Shown: positions 38,947-50,311 of the stretch, in pieces | Layout: each line of letters starts with the position of its first letter | Numbering within the stretch: position 1 is the first letter of the stretch | DNA from: Aplysia californica | Lineage: Eukaryota | Direction: 5' to 3' | Length of the DNA: 64,000 nucleotides | Assembly (NCBI RefSeq): GCF_000002075.1 | Contig: NW_004797763.1 | Span: 447,515-511,514 of the forward strand | The notes under the pieces: generated by a model | Seen by the model: only the letters and a program-made list of their open reading frames with translations | The model's database searches: none | What the model was told of the DNA's origin: nothing | Position numbers and translations under genes: made by a program

Positions 38947-40072
38947 ATGATTTACCTACTCGGGTTTGCTATCCTACTTTCCTCAAGCATTCTAAAGAGT
39001 GTCACTGCTAGCGACCTTCAGTGTTACAAAGGCGCCGGTCGAATACCGTGTATCCATTTCTTCGCCACCATAAATGAGAGACGCCCTTTTATAAATCAAA
39101 ATAGGATGTGTAACAAATTTGGTATGAAAATGTCGGAATTTCACTCCAAGGAAGATGCAGATTACATCTCTTATGTCTTCAAGATAAATGGACTTCCTGG
39201 CAATGTCCCAAGGTTACTTGGTGCTTTTTCTAAAAAAACACAGTACCCCGGCGTGTACAGGTACATGTCTGGCCCAGCCTTCACCAAAAATTTCCCTTTT
39301 TGGGCAAAGGGTGAGCCGAAGAATCAGAATGACTGTATTCTCTACACGATTGACAGTCAGGGAAATATTGAGTTTAGGACAGTCTACTGCAGCACGAGTA
39401 ACAGAGCGACCTGTGAGGCCTGCTTAATATCGAGACCGATGTACAAGACATGCTCAACTCTGTACGCGTGCCCCAATCTAGGGTTAGTGTGCAGAGAGAA
39501 TCCGGGTCCTGGCTGTGAGAGAGCGTTCTACAGCAACAAGACGGACTACCTCCCTTGTCCGCACAACCGGTACGGCTGTGAGTGTCAGTTCCAGTGTCAC
39601 TGCGCCGACAAGGTGCCTTGCGATCTGTACTCCGGAATATGTCCAGCCGGCTGCGAGAAGAACTGGCAGGGACCGAAATGCGACCAGACGCTGTGCGCGC
39701 TGGGCAAATTCGGTTCGAAATGCGACCAGTTTTGCCTTTGCGCTAACCAAGAGCAATGTGACGTGGAGACAGGGCAGTGCGCCCAAGGGTGTGAAGCAGG
39801 CATGGACGGATTGAACTGTTCTCAGTCCCTCTGCAAACCTGGATTGTATGGCTCTTCGTGTAAAAAAATGTGCCCCTGCGCCGCAGGAGCGTATTGCGGT
39901 TATCGTTCTGGGCGATGCCTCTCAGATATTTGCAAGGAAAAGATGAAAGTCGCCCCTCGCTGCACCGAGTCCTCGTGTCCCGTGGGAAAGTACGGCTCCC
40001 AATGTACCGAAGATTGTTCTTGTGGAGAAAATGAGCCGTGCCACTGGCAGAGCGGCATTTGTGAAACTGCAG
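38947..40072 (+). CDS. Variable exon V3: signal peptide + C-type lectin-like domain (EPK) + EGF repeats
   Basis: First ATG at 38947 reads MIYLLGFAILLSSSILKSVTA. Motifs CYKGAGRIPC, WAKGEPK, TDYLPCPHNRYGCEC. Donor CAG|GTACTA at 40073, phase 1, homologous position. Confidence 0.88.
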
Positions 40073-40988
40073 GTACTAACTCTTTTTATCCAGGCTATGA
40101 GTATACTGGTAACGAGGACCAGTCCGATTCTATACTGTCACGTCAAACCGCTAGTTCTGCTTGTAATTACCAAAATACGCAAATTCGGCGATTTTAGCTC
40201 TGTCTGAATATCCAAATTTTCCAATGAACAGCGGTTTCTTTGTTTTTGATGGGTGTAGAAACTTGAAAGATATCTCGAAAACGCACGTTCACGACCGACA
40301 AAGTACTTCTTGAAGTGGCGCAGGGTTGTAGGGGGAGGGGGGGGGGATGAGACTAATTTGATGAAAGTGACTCTTAATCAAGTTCCATAAATTCCGTTGT
40401 GTGTGATAACATAACTGCCAAATGTCCTTAAAACCTAAGAGTAAATAATGAAAGAAATACCGCACTTTGAAATACACACACTGAATCCCAACTCCTACGG
40501 CGCGGCAGCCTAAGGACGGATACGGAGTCCGTGGGGATACGGCCAGGATAAAAAGATAAAAAGTCACATCATCACTATTGTCTTCGTCGTCGTCTTTATA
40601 AGCACAACAAGAAAAGAAAAACAAATTTGGTGGAGACTTGAGTATTTGAAGTTTTATTGCATAATGAATAATTCATTGCATAAGTTGCGGTGTTAGATAG
40701 ATCAGGATTTATCCTTCGAGTGAAGTTGCCAAGTTGTGATCACGAATTTCAAAGAGTGATTACATTACAACAGTCAATTTCAAAAGTAGGATAGTTCATG
40801 GTCTACCACCGTAACGAGATCCAGACCAACAAGGTTCAAATGACCAGCCAGTTGGACAATATGATCCATTCTAGAGCCTCATATGAAAACAAAAGGAAGT
40901 TGTTAGCGTTCCGCACTGGGGGACTGCAAAGAAACAACATTTGACATTTGGGTCCAGGTCATCAAGCCACCATCAACATTTCCTCCTA

Positions 40989-41041
<53 letters not shown>

Positions 41042-41175
41042 AGCCTAGAAGTAGTAGTAGTAGTAAGCCTAGAAGTAGTAGTAGTAGTAGTAAAAGTAGT
41101 AGTAGTAGTAGTAATAGTAGTAGTAGTAGTAGGAGGCGGAGGAGGAGGATCAGCAGCAGCAGCAGCAGCAGTAGC
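40989..41175. repeat. Compound (AGT)n/(AGG)n/(AGC)n microsatellite
   Basis: Read directly from the sequence. Confidence 0.95.
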
Positions 41176-41814
41176 TCTTTTCAAAGCTCCGACACTTTTT
41201 TAATCAAAACTTTTTAAAATGTGATTTTTTTTTCTCTGGAAATGTGAAAAATAGCTTGGATTTGGGGGGGAGTATGAGAAAAGTAGTAAAACTCGTTACC
41301 GGGGTGGGCAAGTCTGTGATAGGCCTATGTTGGTGGTCTTGTTGTTTTCTTGTTGATGTTGGTGGCGATCCGAGAATTGTGATAAGATTAAGACTAGCTC
41401 TTTTAACCGGTCAGTAATATTAGTCTATCAAGTAAATTGAGTTTTAAACTGATCGTTGATGATTTAAAATTGAGAATTTTGACCGAAGTACTTCATATTG
41501 TATATGAATATCGGTAAATGTATTCAAGTGTACCATTTAAAGCAGGATCCTGGATTCTTCAAATTAAAAAGTATTCTTCAAATCTTTGAAAATAGAATTG
41601 AAAATGATTGAAAAATAACTTTTTTGAAGACTAAAATCAGAAAACGTCGACATCTCGGAATCAGCTTTTTCCTGTTTATAGCGTTTTGTCATAAAACGCA
41701 GTAACAGTCCCCTAGTAAGTAGCTCTAAGGGACTTTACAGGCCTCGCCCAAAACAAAATTTTCCTACCCGTTGGAGTCAGAGTGATGATTGAAAAAAATC
41801 TGGATTGTTTTCCT

Positions 41815-42205
41815 TTACTTCTCTCTCTTGCCCTTTTTAACTCCCAGTGGAGCACAGGCCATCAATAACATTACTCCAGCGAAGCCTGTCCTGAGCATCC
41901 TTTTCAATCTGTTTCCATGATGTCCCCGCTTTTTCAATTTCCGCTTGTAACGCTTGCCTCCATGTCATCTTTGGTCTTCCCTTCTTACGCTTTCCTTGTG
42001 GGTTCCACGTTAAAGCCTGTCTGATGATGCTTGTCGGGGATCTCCTCAGGGTGTGTCTAATCCATTTCCATTTCTTCACCTGAATATCTCCCTTTACTGG
42101 CCTTTGGCTTGTTCTCTCCCACAGTTGAGCATTCGTGACTCGATCGTACCACTTGATCCCCACTATCCTTCGTAGGCATCCATTTACGAAGCTCTGCAGT
42201 TTCCT
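41815..42205 (-). mobile_element. RTE-like LINE 3' fragment
   Basis: IKWYDRVTNAQLWERT..KKWKWIRHTLRR..ALTWNPQGKRKKGRPKMTW. Confidence 0.85.
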
Positions 42206-43417
42206 ATTTTACTTCTAGCCTCGCAAATTTAGATGTAGTGTTATCCTTATGTCTCCCTCCGCGAAATAAACCCTAGACAAAACAATAATAATGTAAGCAT
42301 AGGCAAAGCAAGCAGAAAACGTAAGATTCAAAACTTGAAAAATTAAGAAACTGCAGTTATGTGAGATGTTGTAGTGAGAATATCGATGACCTTGATTTTA
42401 AACTCTACAACCAAAACAGACCAAAGGCTGGGAGCAGCTAAAATATATCGCCGAACTCTGACGTAATCCTGGTTCACTATGGTACCCAGCATTTAATTCA
42501 ATTTGGAGCCAAATAAGAAATGGGCAACATAGAGAGTTGGGTCTACTCTCTACTATAGGGACCCTAGGAGACCGGTGTTTGGCACTTCATTTGGACGCCT
42601 ATGGTGAGCGCGCTTTGCAACGAAGTTTTGACAGGGGGCAAAGAGCGACTTCCATAACATTGCACGGTCTAGGAATATTATGTTTCAAATCTGTACTTTG
42701 CTTACAGCAAGTTAGACAGCGAACATAGTGCGCGGAGCAATTTATGCAAAGGTACATATTCTACGTGTGAGATATCAGCTTATATTTGTGAAATATAAGG
42801 ACTTATTTTATCGGCAGTGAAATGCTAAAACAACTGCAAGAATGGTATACGAGGTATAAGAAATGTGTTCACCTTTGCACCTTTATGGACTTCCTCAGGA
42901 ACATAATAAAAAAACAACAACAACAAAAAACCAAAAAACACTGTCTTCATCATCATCAGGACCATCATTATCATTGCTGCTGTATAGACTGATATAGATA
43001 GAACAATTTTAAGGACACACGGATATTTTGGAAATGTTGTGACAATAGATTTTAAAAGACTTAAATTCTGGGCATGTCGCCTATTTCGGGCTTCATCAGG
43101 AACATAATATTAAAATCATGAACATCATAACGATCATCAGTTGCAAAGTAATCCAAAAGAAAGAATCTGATGGGGTTTGCTCCTTCTCTCCTATCAAACA
43201 TCAATCTTTTTTTTTAAATCTCGGCTTCTCCTTTTCATTGTATGTTACTCACTAGAAACATCTTAAATCTGAATCATCTATCTAACCTATTTGTGTTGTA
43301 AGTACCGTACAACTCTCGCTAAAACTACAATAATGGACGACATACGCTCTCATGAGGACAAAATAAAGTGGTGTTGTTGTTTTTATCCCTTTCTCTCTCT
43401 TTGTTTTTCTTAATTAG

Positions 43418-43567
43418 TGTGTCCCGCTATTGGCAAAGGAGGCCTAGACTGCTACGACGAGTGCCCGAAAGAGTTGACCTGCAAGAGGTGTCTGAGGCTG
43501 AACATGACGAAATGCGGGGAGTGTGTGGAGGGATTCAGGCTCACGCCCAACAACACCTGCGAGAAAG
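43418..43567 (+). CDS. Constant exon C1: membrane-proximal Cys-rich (EGF/furin-like) module
   Basis: Long polypyrimidine tract and attag| acceptor; 150 nt, phase 1 to 1; (V)CPAIGKGGLDCYDECPKELTCKRCLRLNMTKCGECVEGFRLTPNNTCEK; donor AAG|GTGACG. Confidence 0.85.
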
Positions 43568-44157
43568 GTGACGGTCTAACACAGCTTAAGTTGAACCCCT
43601 TCTCTGTGGGTGGTTGGCTGTTTTCTGGATGTGTGTTGCTCCTTCTCTCCTATCAAACATCTATCGTTCTTATCTCTCCTTCTTTTCTTTGCATTTAGCT
43701 CTTTAGTAACACGTCTAATCTATATATGACTACTTGTGTTGCAAGTGTCCTAAAGCTCTGGCTGAATCCCCTTTGCGGCCAGACGTGCTTTATAAGCTAA
43801 AAAATAGCTTACACTTTCGAAAGATGCAGGGAATGAGTTAAAGCGGTTTGCATTCAAGGCAGCACGCCGAAGATAAAAGTCTTGTGTCGTGATGTTATTC
43901 GACATCGACAAGTTCACAGAAAGCTGTACGTTGTCAAGCAGAATATTTTAAATTGTAATGATGTTGAATAGACTTCATAGGATGCATGCTAATGAACTCG
44001 ATTTCGACTCAGTTCAATCGTCTGTACACCGGTACAAGCGTATTAGCAGCACAAAGAGTTTGGTTGAGAGACATTACATTTAGTTCCATGTATTTTGTTG
44101 GGTTGTTGTTTTTTTGTTGGGTGGGGGTGTTGTTGTTGTTGTTGTTGTTGTGGTTGC

Positions 44158-44201
<44 letters not shown>

Positions 44202-46759
44202 GTGACTGGTGCTTTTGGTGGATTATACTTATACTAACCTGGCTTTTCTAAAAACCTGAATTTGAATTCCACTGTCAATGGTTGGCGGTTGCTGTGGTAT
44301 GGTTTGCTCCTCCTTTCCTACAAACCATCTGTCGTCTTTGTCTTTCCTCCTTCTTTGTATGTTTGTTTCTCCCTTGTAACACCTCTAGACTTCGGCACTT
44401 ATATGACATAATTGTGTTCAAAGTGCTGTAAAAAAAAACTTCCCTTGTTTTCAGGCCGCTCCATCTTACTTTGTATTAACTCTTAGTATACGGTAGGCTA
44501 GTCCTCCTTTGTTCGCAGCCAACTTTGTCATCCAAGTTTTCAACATCACAAAGTCCCATATAATTCAGCTACCATTTAACTTTTTTAACTGAGAAGAGGC
44601 CCCATCAAACTCAGCAGAAATGAATGATCCAAGTAGCTGACATAAAGTTTGATAATAGATTAGATGAATTTGATGGAGGTTGACAGATTTTTGTATGACT
44701 GTAAACAACCGAGTGATTCTGTGACCCAGATGAACTGGCTCGCCACATTAATTAAATAAGAGTAGACTTAAATGCAAAAATATAAATAAAATAGGGAGCT
44801 CAAGTTCATCGTATTGTTCCAGGTAAAGAGAAAAGTGATTTAATATTCTTTTCAACCGAAACACATCTTTGTTAAAAACGTATTCTAACATTATAAAGCC
44901 TTAACCGCTTATAATTTTCTCAAACAAATAAAATGCCAATAACTCAGATTGGAAGTTCTTATCATTAAAATTAGAATCTAGACCAATTTAGAAAAAGACA
45001 TGGTTGAGATTTCAAAGATCAAGTAACAAATCTGTTTAACTAGATTAAATCTATATGNNNNNNNNNNNNNNNNNNNNNNNNNNNNNNNNNNNNNNNNNNN
45101 NNNNNNNNNNNNNNNNNNNNNNNNNNNNNNNNNNNNNNNNNNNNNNNNNNNNNNNNNNNNNNNNNNNNNNNNNNNNNNNNNNNNNNNNNNNNNNNNNNNN
45201 NNNNNNNNNTACCTCTTTAAGAAAACTAGAATATATACCTGTTTTATTTTTTATTAACTTTTTCTTTTAAATCGGTTATCGAAAAAGCTAATTCCTTTTT
45301 CCGTTTGAAAACAAAATGTGTTCTTTATCGGTCTATCGTTTTTCAATTAAAACATTTTAATCTTCTTCTCTCTTATTTGTCTTGATCGTATACAAGGGCA
45401 ATGGAGTTACAAAGGTCATATTATGCACTCATCCATGCACACAACAAACGAGAACATAACTATTACATTATTATTACATGTTTTTCAATTGTCAATTTAT
45501 TTATTTATATATTTGTTTATTTATCAATGGGGAGCGGATAAACACTAGCTCGGCAGCGCTTGGCTAAAGAACAACCTCCAGTGGCCACAGGATCACGACC
45601 ACAGCAAGCCACCTAGTTGTAGGATATTTACTGTAGATATCTACTGTGGGCCAACTACACAAAAGTATGGACTGGACTAAACTATATTGTACCCCTGCGG
45701 CAGTGCCACTGACACTCTTTAGGCCTTTCCCAAAAGGGGGGACATTTCACGTTCAAGCGTAGTAGAATTGTAAATGGGCTGACTCATGTCACGCTCATAA
45801 CTGTGCCTGATCTATAACAGGGAACTGCTGCTTTTTCTTTCCTGATCCTTACTATTGCCATTTTCCTCTACTTCTGTTGTATGTTTGTCACTCTTTTGTG
45901 ACCTGTTATTTTGGTGTGCCTTGATATTCGAAGCAGACCTTGTGCTGTTGAAGCTAGAGAGGTGAGCAGTCTAAGTCTGATTCCCTGTAAAGACCCACCC
46001 CTTGGCGCTCATATGACCTTATGCAGTTGCGAGCGCCGTAAAACCCTCTACTATTAAAAAAAAACTATATTAGGACAAAATGCTCGGGAACAGCTGGCGG
46101 GTATTTACACTTCAACCTTTGGGCCAGAGATGACAAATTCAGGTACTCGGAACTAACTTGAAGATGGGTAGGCTCGGCTAGGGTTTTTTTCCCCCGTTTC
46201 AATGACACACCTCAGGATGAGTACAATTGGAGACAGTGTCATTTCGGAATCTGTTAGTGGTGCGCTGCAGGGTGAGTAAAGAACTAACAGATTTCGTCAG
46301 AGTCTGTCGTCGCTCGAAAAAATAAAATTGCAGAAAAGAAGGTCAGTGCAAAAAGAACATTCCGATGGCCACTCGGAAACTCATGCTACACAGGAGGCTG
46401 AGGAGTGCTTAAAAGGAGGGGGGGGGGGTTATGGTGCCATTGTATAAGTCTAGTGTATTTCCCCCAAGGTGCGTCTAGCGAGGGACACCCTGTGTCTGAT
46501 TGCGTTCATGTGGACGGTTGTTTATAGCTGGAAAAAAACCTACGGAACCTAGAACCGAGAAAAAATTACTGAAGGTAGTTCAAAGACCAAGCTAAGTTTC
46601 TATCATGTCAATAAAAGCTTACATTCGCCTAAAAATGTTTAGGAAAATTTAAAACACTATTAGCCGTTTACAATTTTCCCGTTCGTCATTTCAATGCACT
46701 GTTCAAGACATATTTCGTTTTCCATGATATAAAAATTGCTCTTCCGCGGGAAATAAACA

Positions 46760-47184
46760 AATTTTCTAAGACGCCATTGTAAACAAGTGAGGCTTCCGTT
46801 CACAAGCAGTGCGCACTGTACCCACAATTACTTGACGATCGATTCTTTTGAGTCCGTTAATCGAACGGGGTGCCCAGCTAGTGTATTATGTTTGTGAGAG
46901 TTCGTCATTTTGACTTCCGAACCACTTAATTTTCTATTTCGAAAAAAAAAAATGATAGTTCAGAATCAATTAAAGGGTGCCCAGTTATACTAAGGAGTCT
47001 GAAGTCAGTGTACTTTAACTTTTAGTTTTCATTAGTTTCGTTTAGATCTAATCTTGAGAAAGTCCGTTTTCTAAGGCGCCATTGTAAACAAGTGAAGGTT
47101 CCGTTAACAAGAAGTGAGCACTGGTCCACAATGACTTGACGATCGATTCTTTTGAGTCCGTTCATCGAACGGTTACCCAGCTAG
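46760..47184 (+). mobile_element. Helitron-like 3' ends in tandem (also 33100-33486; reverse at 14549-14660)
   Basis: Short hairpin ccgttc-atc-gaacgg about 8-10 nt before a terminal CTAG at 33483, 46878 and 47181; variant at 33196 and 14549. Confidence 0.55.
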
Positions 47185-47189
47185 TTGAT

Positions 47190-48900
47190 ACCTATGCGAA
47201 GGAGAGACACAACTGCGTGCATCCTTCTTTTCTTCTTGGGTTTTATGAAATAAGACGGTACACTATTGAAGAAGCTATGGCAACAGGGGCGTAAAATACC
47301 TACAATTTTTTTAAAGGCTGGAGAAGTGCAAATTGGTGGAAGGTATACATCGTACACATGTTCTACTATTCCGCAACATCAATAACCTGAGATACGCAGA
47401 TGATTCAGTTCTGCGGGCAAACACAAACGAATATATTTCTAAAATTGTGAAAGTAGTAAAAGTGAACAGCAGCAAGGCAGAACTCGACATGAACACCAAG
47501 AAAACATAAACAATGGTCTCATCAAAATCTTCTGGAAAAACAACAGACATAACCAAAGATGGGGAGAGAATAGAACAAGAGCACCAATTCAAGTATTTAT
47601 GGGGCAACAATCACAGATGATGGTAGAAGTGAAAAAGAAATAAACATAAAAACAGCAGCTGCAAAAACAAGGTTCAGCCAAATGTACAAACTATTTAAAT
47701 CCAGGCAACTGTATCTCACTAAGAAAGAAAATACTGGATTGCTACATCTTCCTCATATTTCTATATGGCACAGAGGCCTGGACTTTGACAAGGAAAGAAG
47801 AAGTGGTGCTACTGTAGAATGGCCAGAATAAGTTGGAAAACTAACACCCCCCCAAAAAACAAAAAAACAAAACAACAACAACAAACAAACAACAACAACA
47901 ACAACACACACAAAAAACAACCAACAACAACAAAGAGGTGTGTCAAATTCCCTCGCAATCGGATTGTCATGAGCCTTGTTGAAACTGACGAGCATACACC
48001 GCCGAGTTCCTGAAGTATTTCGTTGACAATTGTGAAAATAAATAACTCTATTATAATCACCTTGTGTAAATTTGGCTAACAATGGCAAACAGACATAAAA
48101 TACATAATTGATTCACCCCCCCCCCCCCTCCACCTTTCCCTCGTTCTACTTCGTAAATTCATAATTTCTGTTGGTATTTTTTTTTGTCTTATGTTTTGTC
48201 GTTTTAATATGTCTGTTCTACTTTCTTATTTCATCTGTGTGGCTTTTTTTTTTCCTAGAATGACCAGAATAAGTTGGAAAACAAACATCCTCTCCCCCCC
48301 CAAAAAAAACAAACAAACAACAAACCCAACAGCAAACAAACAAAAAAACCAACAACAAGAAAGAGGTTTGTCAAATTCTACACCCAAGACAAACCCTGCC
48401 GAATAAAATTAGATGTAGAAAAATACAAAACTGTGGCCTCTTAAAACGACACGACACTGTTGTGAAAGGGGTGCTTAAAGAGAAAAACGTAGGGCAGGAG
48501 AGCCAGAGGAAGGCAAAGAATAACATTGATGGACAACATAAGGACATGGACTGACCTGGATATGGCAGAATGTGCAACGGCAGCTCGCGTCCGTGAAAGA
48601 TGGGGGTCATTACACGTAAACTTCTGAGTCATAGATGACACCTTCAGCTATCCAGTTATACCGGAATAGAGAACAGGCACACTGGTGTCGTGGGTTTCCT
48701 TGTCAACGAAATACTTCAGGAACTCGGTGGTTTATGCCAGTCAGTTTCAACAAGGCTCATGACAATCCGATTGCGAGGGAAAACATTCAACGTCACAGTG
48801 ATTCAAGTCTACGGCCATTCATTAGACTACGCAGATACATACAAATACGTACAATACAAAAAAGCTGCATGATTATATGTATTCCATATGATAAACACAA
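47190..48900 (+). mobile_element. Rearranged RTE-like fragments (RT C-terminus and endonuclease pieces)
   Basis: NNLRYADDSVL and FKYL(G) near 47380-47610. Endonuclease piece GFLVN...RLMTIRLRGKTFNVTVIQVY at 48690-48830, with an inverted copy at 47945-48035. Confidence 0.7.
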
Positions 48901-50134
48901 AGATCGTGGTGCAGCAGTTAGGTGCTTGGCTGTCGCATGCTGAAGACGTGATTTCGATTAGTGTGTGGGATTTTTTTTTTCCACAGGAGTAGACCCACTC
49001 CGTCTATCTGCTTGAGTGATTACTTTTTCCATGTCTGCCTGGGTTGGCCCTGGCGGGCAGGGTTGAAACGGCCGTCTTCAAAAAGATCCAAAGTGTGTCA
49101 ATGGACGCGTTGAACATCCGCAGCTATTACTACTCCGTATACTAAAAAGAAATTATAATACTATAGGCCGACTGGAATTTTGGAAGGGAGAGACATTGAA
49201 ACACCTTCTCGAACCTTCTTGTTTCAATTCAACAGACACATGAGTGTTACGCTTGTTTGTAATCTTCAGTTTCATCAGCATCATTCCGTCGAAATAACTT
49301 GGTCAAGACAGACCACCCCGTTATAGGGAAAAGATAATATATTTATGCTCTCAACGTGATGTCGGTGGTCTTGTGGTTAAGGTGTTGAGCCCGTAGTGTT
49401 CTTGGGTCCGCAGGGGTATTAACAGTAGTAAAGCGTATAGAACATGCAGTAGAGCGTGGATGTGCGCTACATNNNNNNNNNNNNNNNNNNNNNNNNNNNN
49501 NNNNNNNNNNNNNNNNNNNNNNNNNNNNNNNNNNNNNNNNNNNNNNNNNNNNNNNNNNNNNNNNNNNNNNNNNNNNNNNNNNNNNNNNNNNNNNNNNNNN
49601 NNNNNNNNNNNNNNNNNNNNNNNNNNNNNNNNNNNNNNNNNNNNNNNNNNNNNNNNNNNNNNNNNNNNNNNNNNNNNNNNNNNNNNNNNNNNATTACTAT
49701 TATTATTGTTTTTATTATTTTTCCGCGTATTATTATATATATAACTACTGAGAGAATCACCAGTTTTCTAACAAAAAATGAGTAAATAAACAATAAATAA
49801 ATAAACAGATAAATAAATAAATAAATGAATAAATAAATAATACTTTTATAATCACCTTGTGGAAATTTGGCTAATAATGGCAAACAGACATAGAATACAT
49901 AATTGATCACCCCCCCCCCCCCCTCACCTTTCCCTCGTTCTACTTCGTAAATTCATAATTTCTGTTTTCTTTGTTTTTTGTCTTATATTTTGTCGTTTAA
50001 ATATGTCTGTTTTCCCTTCTTATTTCATCTATGTTTTTTTGTTTTTTTTCCTATTTGCCTCTTTTTGTTTATTTACATTTTGTCATTCCTAATTTCTGAC
50101 TGTCTTTCTTTCTTAGTATGCGCAGTATAAATGC

Positions 50135-50175
<41 letters not shown>

Positions 50176-50222
50176 TTTAGTTCATTTTCAATTTCAATAT
50201 CTGACTTTCTCTATTCAGTTTT

Positions 50223-50223
<1 letters not shown>

Positions 50224-50308
<85 letters not shown>
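50224..50308. repeat. (CT)n microsatellite; also (TTG)n at 44129-44199 and (TA)n at 62401-62460
   Basis: Read directly from the sequence. Confidence 0.95.

Positions 50309-50311
<3 letters not shown>

Noticed and set aside
28158-40197. Three independent single-exon secreted MEGF10-like genes
   Set aside because: Homology ends exactly at a shared phase-1 GT donor and a matching orphan acceptor exon follows. There is no EMI domain or Tyr-motif tail, so no MEGF10/SCARF symbol is assigned. Not fully excluded without transcripts.
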